Below are positions 60,610-64,000 of a stretch of 64,000 bases of DNA, one piece after another. Numbering within the stretch: the stretch's first letter is position 1; each line of letters opens with the position of its first letter. The stretch is from an uncultured archaeon (GTDB taxonomy: Archaea; Thermoproteota; Bathyarchaeia; Bathyarchaeales; Bathycorpusculaceae): contig CAWENF010000003.1 in NCBI GenBank assembly GCA_963810275.1, forward strand, positions 1-64,000, written 5' to 3'. Under the pieces are notes generated by a model. The model was given only the letters and a program-made list of their open reading frames with translations, searched no databases and was not told the DNA's origin. The position numbers and the translations under genes are program-made.

Positions 60610-61515
60610 TCACCTGTCGAGGCGACGCTTCGTTCCAAACATTCCTTTCCAGGGGTTCGCAGCACGTTTGGGAACTGTGAAGAGAGTGTAGTCTGTGGCG
60701 ATTAAGCTCTTTGTGACTTCCTTCCACTCCAAAGGCGTCGATGCAGTAGCTTCAGGCGTGGGGCGCAGGCTGTAGGGGATGACCATCGTGCGCATGGGTG
60801 AGTTCTGCAGGTAATCAACAAAGACTTTGCCGGGTTTTTTGGTGTCTTTAAACTCGGAAACAATAAGCGGGTTATGTTTAGCGAGTTCAATACCAACTCT
60901 GTGCACGTACGCTCTTGCCTCCTCAAAAATGTAGTCGGGCTCCACAGGCACAACTACATGCAACCCCTTCTTACCCGAGGTTTTCACGTAAGCTACCAAA
61001 CCCATGTCGCCCAACTGATCCTTTAACTGCAGCGCCACCTCCGCTGCATCGCCAAGGGTTGCGGGCAATTCAGGGTCAACGTCGAAAAACAGCATATCTG
61101 GCTTATCCAAATATGTGGTTGTGGCAAACGGCATGTGAATTTCTAAGGCTGCTAGATTCCCTAGCCAAATCAGGGTGTCTAAATCGTTACATACCACATA
61201 GTTTACGTCCCGTTTAGAAGTGGTGGAATAAATTGGGTGTAACTTAACCCAGTCAGGGGTGCCTTCAGGAGCGTTCTTCTCAAAAAAACTGTTTTTGCCT
61301 AGCTCCCCGTTTTTTATGCCATCGGGGTAGCGGGTAAGAACCAGCGGGCGATCTCGGATTATGGGCAGAATTTTTGGGGCGAGACGAATGTAGTATTCAA
61401 CAACCATGCCTTTAGTGACGTTAACAGTTGGATATAGAATTTTTTCGAGGTTTGAGAGGGAAACTTTTGTGAGTTTGCTTAGGTTTTCGGTCACGTTTAT
61501 TTCCTCAAAAAGCAA
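60610..61515 (-). CDS. ligD: Stand-alone LigD polymerase (AEP primase-polymerase) domain
   Basis: SNLEKILYP, RYPDG, FFEKN, FDVDP, KTSGKKGLHV, FVDYLQN, PYSLRP. Confidence 0.94.
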   Translation of the reverse strand: MLFEEINVTENLSKLTKVSLSNLEKILYPTVNVTKGMVVEYYIRLAPKILPIIRDRPLVLTRYPDGIKNGELGKNSFFEKNAPEGTPDWVKLHPIYSTTSKRDVNYVVCNDLDTLIWLGNLAALEIHMPFATTTYLDKPDMLFFDVDPELPATLGDAAEVALQLKDQLGDMGLVAYVKTSGKKGLHVVVPVEPDYIFEEARAYVHRVGIELAKHNPLIVSEFKDTKKPGKVFVDYLQNSPMRTMVIPYSLRPTPEATASTPLEWKEVTKSLIATDYTLFTVPKRAANPWKGMFGTKRRLDR

Positions 61516-61799
61516 GTAAATAGTTTTATGTTAAGTCTAGGTTTTTTGTTTTTGGGCTACACCATCTTAACTGAGTTACAACTAACATCATGATTGTTTC
61601 CATTTTCCGGAAAAAAAACCAACTTATCATGCAAATGGCAAATTTAATGTAGAAAACTAAACTTTTTCACAGTTAACCCTATATACTATACATCAGCTAT
61701 ATTATTTCTGCTGAATTTAATCAAGGAAAGGGTAATTCTACTTACCATAATCTTTTCGAGACAATTCGCTAAACTAAAAAATGGGGGAGATAATAAAAG

Positions 61800-62435
61800 A
61801 TGAAATCCAAAAAGCCAACCTTAGAAGACCAACTTGCGTTTATCTCAGCACAGAATGAAATTTACCCAACCGAACTGTTCTCTGGACTTGTCGAAGCCAA
61901 AGAAGAAGATGAAAAAGTTAAGATTGGACAGTTAACAGTAGAGTACCGCGGCAACGTAGGCAGCCAAGCCATATTCCTAATCACAAAAGAAGGCAACGTA
62001 GTAGCGCAGTTCCGCGTGCCAAACGAAACTTTAACCCGAAGCGACTTAACCTTTGACAGCTCCATGGATACAGGCCGAGTCAAAAGAGAAATCGCAAGGC
62101 AAAACCCACTGCCTTCACAACTAAAAATCGAAGACCTACGAGTCGGCATGAAAAAAATCAACGTAACCGCCGAAGTCACAGAGGTTTCCGAACCATCCAA
62201 AGTCCACACCCAGTTTAGAGATAACGCCGTGGTTTCAAACGCCACCGTACAAGACGAAACCGGCAGAATCCTGCTTTGCCTATGGGATCAGCAAGTTGAT
62301 TCTGTACATGTTGGTGACTTCATCGAGGTTAAAAACGCGCATGTAGCTTTGTTTAAAGGTGAGAAGCAGCTGCGGTTGGGTAAGAAGGGGTCGGTTAACG
62401 TTCTTGAGCATCCGCTTGAGGGCGAAGCCGCCTAA
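61800..62435 (+). CDS. Single-stranded DNA-binding OB-fold protein with an N-terminal extra domain
   Basis: The C-terminal half KIEDLRVGMKKINVTAEV...DETGRI.L.LW...I.VKNA....FKGE.QL resembles crenarchaeal SSB. Confidence 0.85.
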   Translation: MKSKKPTLEDQLAFISAQNEIYPTELFSGLVEAKEEDEKVKIGQLTVEYRGNVGSQAIFLITKEGNVVAQFRVPNETLTRSDLTFDSSMDTGRVKREIARQNPLPSQLKIEDLRVGMKKINVTAEVTEVSEPSKVHTQFRDNAVVSNATVQDETGRILLCLWDQQVDSVHVGDFIEVKNAHVALFKGEKQLRLGKKGSVNVLEHPLEGEAA

Positions 62436-62857
62436 AACTCCAAATTTAGAGAAGTAAAGAGCTCAGCTAGCGTCACAAAACTTATTTCTCTTTTATAGAA
62501 GTTCTAGTGATATTTCGAAGCTCTTTTTTAACAGAATACTTTTTTGGAAAAACGTAATAACAAAAAATTCTTGCATCGTAAGCTAACTCATACTAACAAG
62601 TTTGATGCAACCAAACCCTCCATAACATCGCCCAAACAATAAGAAAAAAAGAATAAGAAAATGATCAAAACCTGCTTAAACTCACATGCCTAAAACGGGC
62701 AAATTCATTTTCACTTTTACAGTTTTGAGTTTTTCAGTTTTGTTTTCCGCTTTTTCTCTTTTCAAAAATAACTAAAACGTAGTTGTGACAACAATCCTTC
62801 AACACAAGATAGGTTAGAGAAGAAATGGAGAATATGGAAAGAAGAAAAAAGGCCTAT

Positions 62858-63247
62858 TTAGGCATATTTTTTGTCGTTATAACAGTACCATCGTTGATAC
62901 TGGGGAATCCACGTTAAGGGTTTGCCACATGTGGGGCAAAGCGGTGGAGAAGTAGACTGTTGCTGAGCAGACTGGGCAGGGACCGCGGTTTGTACAGGCT
63001 GCTGATGAGCAGGTTGGGCGGCGCTTTGCATTTGCGGTTTAAGGATAATGTAGTCAGCGGCTGCTTGAACTTCGTCCCACGGAACATCTTGTGTTTCCCC
63101 GTCGGCGTTTTCTACTGTTAGGGAAATCCCGTTTTTGCCTACAGAAAATGCTAAGTCTTTAACTTTTCCAACTTTACGTCCTTTAGCGTCAATAACTTCC
63201 ATAGAGATTAAGGCGTCTCTGGTAAGCGGTTTATCGGTTCCACTCAT
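62858..63247 (-). CDS. PRC-barrel protein with a Q/P-rich linker and C-terminal zinc ribbon
   Basis: L..MEVIDAKGRKVGKVKD, VPWDEV...D.IILK; CPTCGKPLTWIPQYQRWYC. Confidence 0.85.
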   Translation of the reverse strand: MSGTDKPLTRDALISMEVIDAKGRKVGKVKDLAFSVGKNGISLTVENADGETQDVPWDEVQAAADYIILKPQMQSAAQPAHQQPVQTAVPAQSAQQQSTSPPLCPTCGKPLTWIPQYQRWYCYNDKKYA

Positions 63248-63391
63248 GTTGAATCACTCAAACTCTGATAGTGTCCCCCTTGTTTAAAGAATTTTCGATA
63301 AAACAAGAAGTGTAAAAGAGCGGCGTTGACGCTAAATTAGCAAGGGCTAAATACTACAGCAAGATTTCTATTAGGGTAGAGGTGCTTTTTA

Positions 63392-63598
63392 ATGTCAGAA
63401 AACAATGCATTATCCACTGAAAACGTGGAGAAAATTAAACAAGCTGCAAATGAATTTAAAACTACAATACTCAATTACTTCAAAGACCGCAACGTAGAAG
63501 TCAAAGAATGGAAGTTCGCCGTTGAAAACACCACCGAAGCTTACACAGTTGATGTCGCAGCTAAAATCGTTATCAAAAATACCAAACCATCCCAGTAG
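63392..63598 (+). CDS. Small hypothetical protein
   Basis: GAGGTG RBS before the ATG; 68-aa ORF. Confidence 0.75.
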   Translation: MSENNALSTENVEKIKQAANEFKTTILNYFKDRNVEVKEWKFAVENTTEAYTVDVAAKIVIKNTKPSQ

Positions 63599-63604
63599 CC
63601 CCTT

Positions 63605-63925
63605 TTGGAGCACCGGAAGGTGGAGCAACAAACACTAAAACCCAACCCATTTTTTGTGGTAGGCGCCAAAATAATCGCCAGCCGTCCAATCAACTTCCTC
63701 GCAGACCCCTTCATTCCAAGACTACTCAACAATTACCTGTCAGAAATCCTAGAGAATTGGAAAACAGAAGGGTTACTGACCAGCTACCATTTTAGAGTTG
63801 TGAGACTTTCTAGATTAACGTACAAAGTCGAAGTGCATTTGTTGGTCAGTAAAGAGGAAACTAAAAAGATGATTATAGACTATATCAACGACAAGCTGGG
63901 TCCAGCGTTGAATAACTACATCTAA
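63605..63925 (+). CDS. Hypothetical protein
   Basis: 106-aa ORF directly downstream of 63392-63598; start uncertain. Confidence 0.55.
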   Translation: MEHRKVEQQTLKPNPFFVVGAKIIASRPINFLADPFIPRLLNNYLSEILENWKTEGLLTSYHFRVVRLSRLTYKVEVHLLVSKEETKKMIIDYINDKLGPALNNYI

Positions 63926-64000
63926 CGTAACTCAAAAAAGGCAGTTACTGAAGGGGGATTTCCCAGTAGCTGATTATGTCACCCTTAACCCATCTACCGC

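Noticed and set aside
63941-64000. Hairpin CAGTTACTG...CAGTAGCTG and a possible minus-strand gene end at 63974
   Set aside because: Too little sequence at the window edge to support a call.

Overview
Archaeal chromosomal segment. The gene content (multi-PAS histidine kinases without response regulators, ~860-900 aa secreted PQQ-like beta-propeller paralogs, a crenarchaeal-type SSB, GGTGA/GGAGG ribosome-binding sites, many TTG starts) points to Bathyarchaeia; this is an inference. Layout: (1) 0.5-11.2 kb, a diverged ~4.98 kb tandem duplication of a PAS-kinase locus whose junction created an in-frame double-kinase chimera. (2) 11.4-22.1 kb, a 7TM protein, a wHTH gene missed by the ORF track (ATA start), and three surface beta-propeller paralogs, two of them followed by a conserved bulged-hairpin element. 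(3) 22.2-31 kb, an accessory patch with frameshifted genes, small metal-binding proteins, a surface-protein pseudogene whose 5' end is inverted at a 3-bp microhomology, a coupled two-gene module encoding a cytoplasmic caspase/gingipain-fold (clan CD) protease plus a small partner, a hemerythrin, and a pilin-signal DUF2807 protein. (4) 31-54.7 kb, a surface-glycan cluster (flippase, Gmd, perosamine synthase, methyltransferase, GT2/GT4, four GT-C-like membrane proteins) ending in a cellulose-synthase-like GT2 with a structured leader. (5) 55-64 kb, a complete NHEJ set (Ku, LigD ligase-phosphoesterase fusion, stand-alone LigD polymerase) coupled to DUF72, plus an SSB. The strongest candidates for something undescribed are the small protein + clan CD protease module, the recurrent ACG/ATA/TTA starts behind good RBSs, the twin-TGCA-hairpin leader, and the NHEJ locus together with two microhomology rearrangement scars. 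No rRNA, tRNA, CRISPR array or transposase was seen. All family assignments come from motif recognition by eye; no database searches were run.
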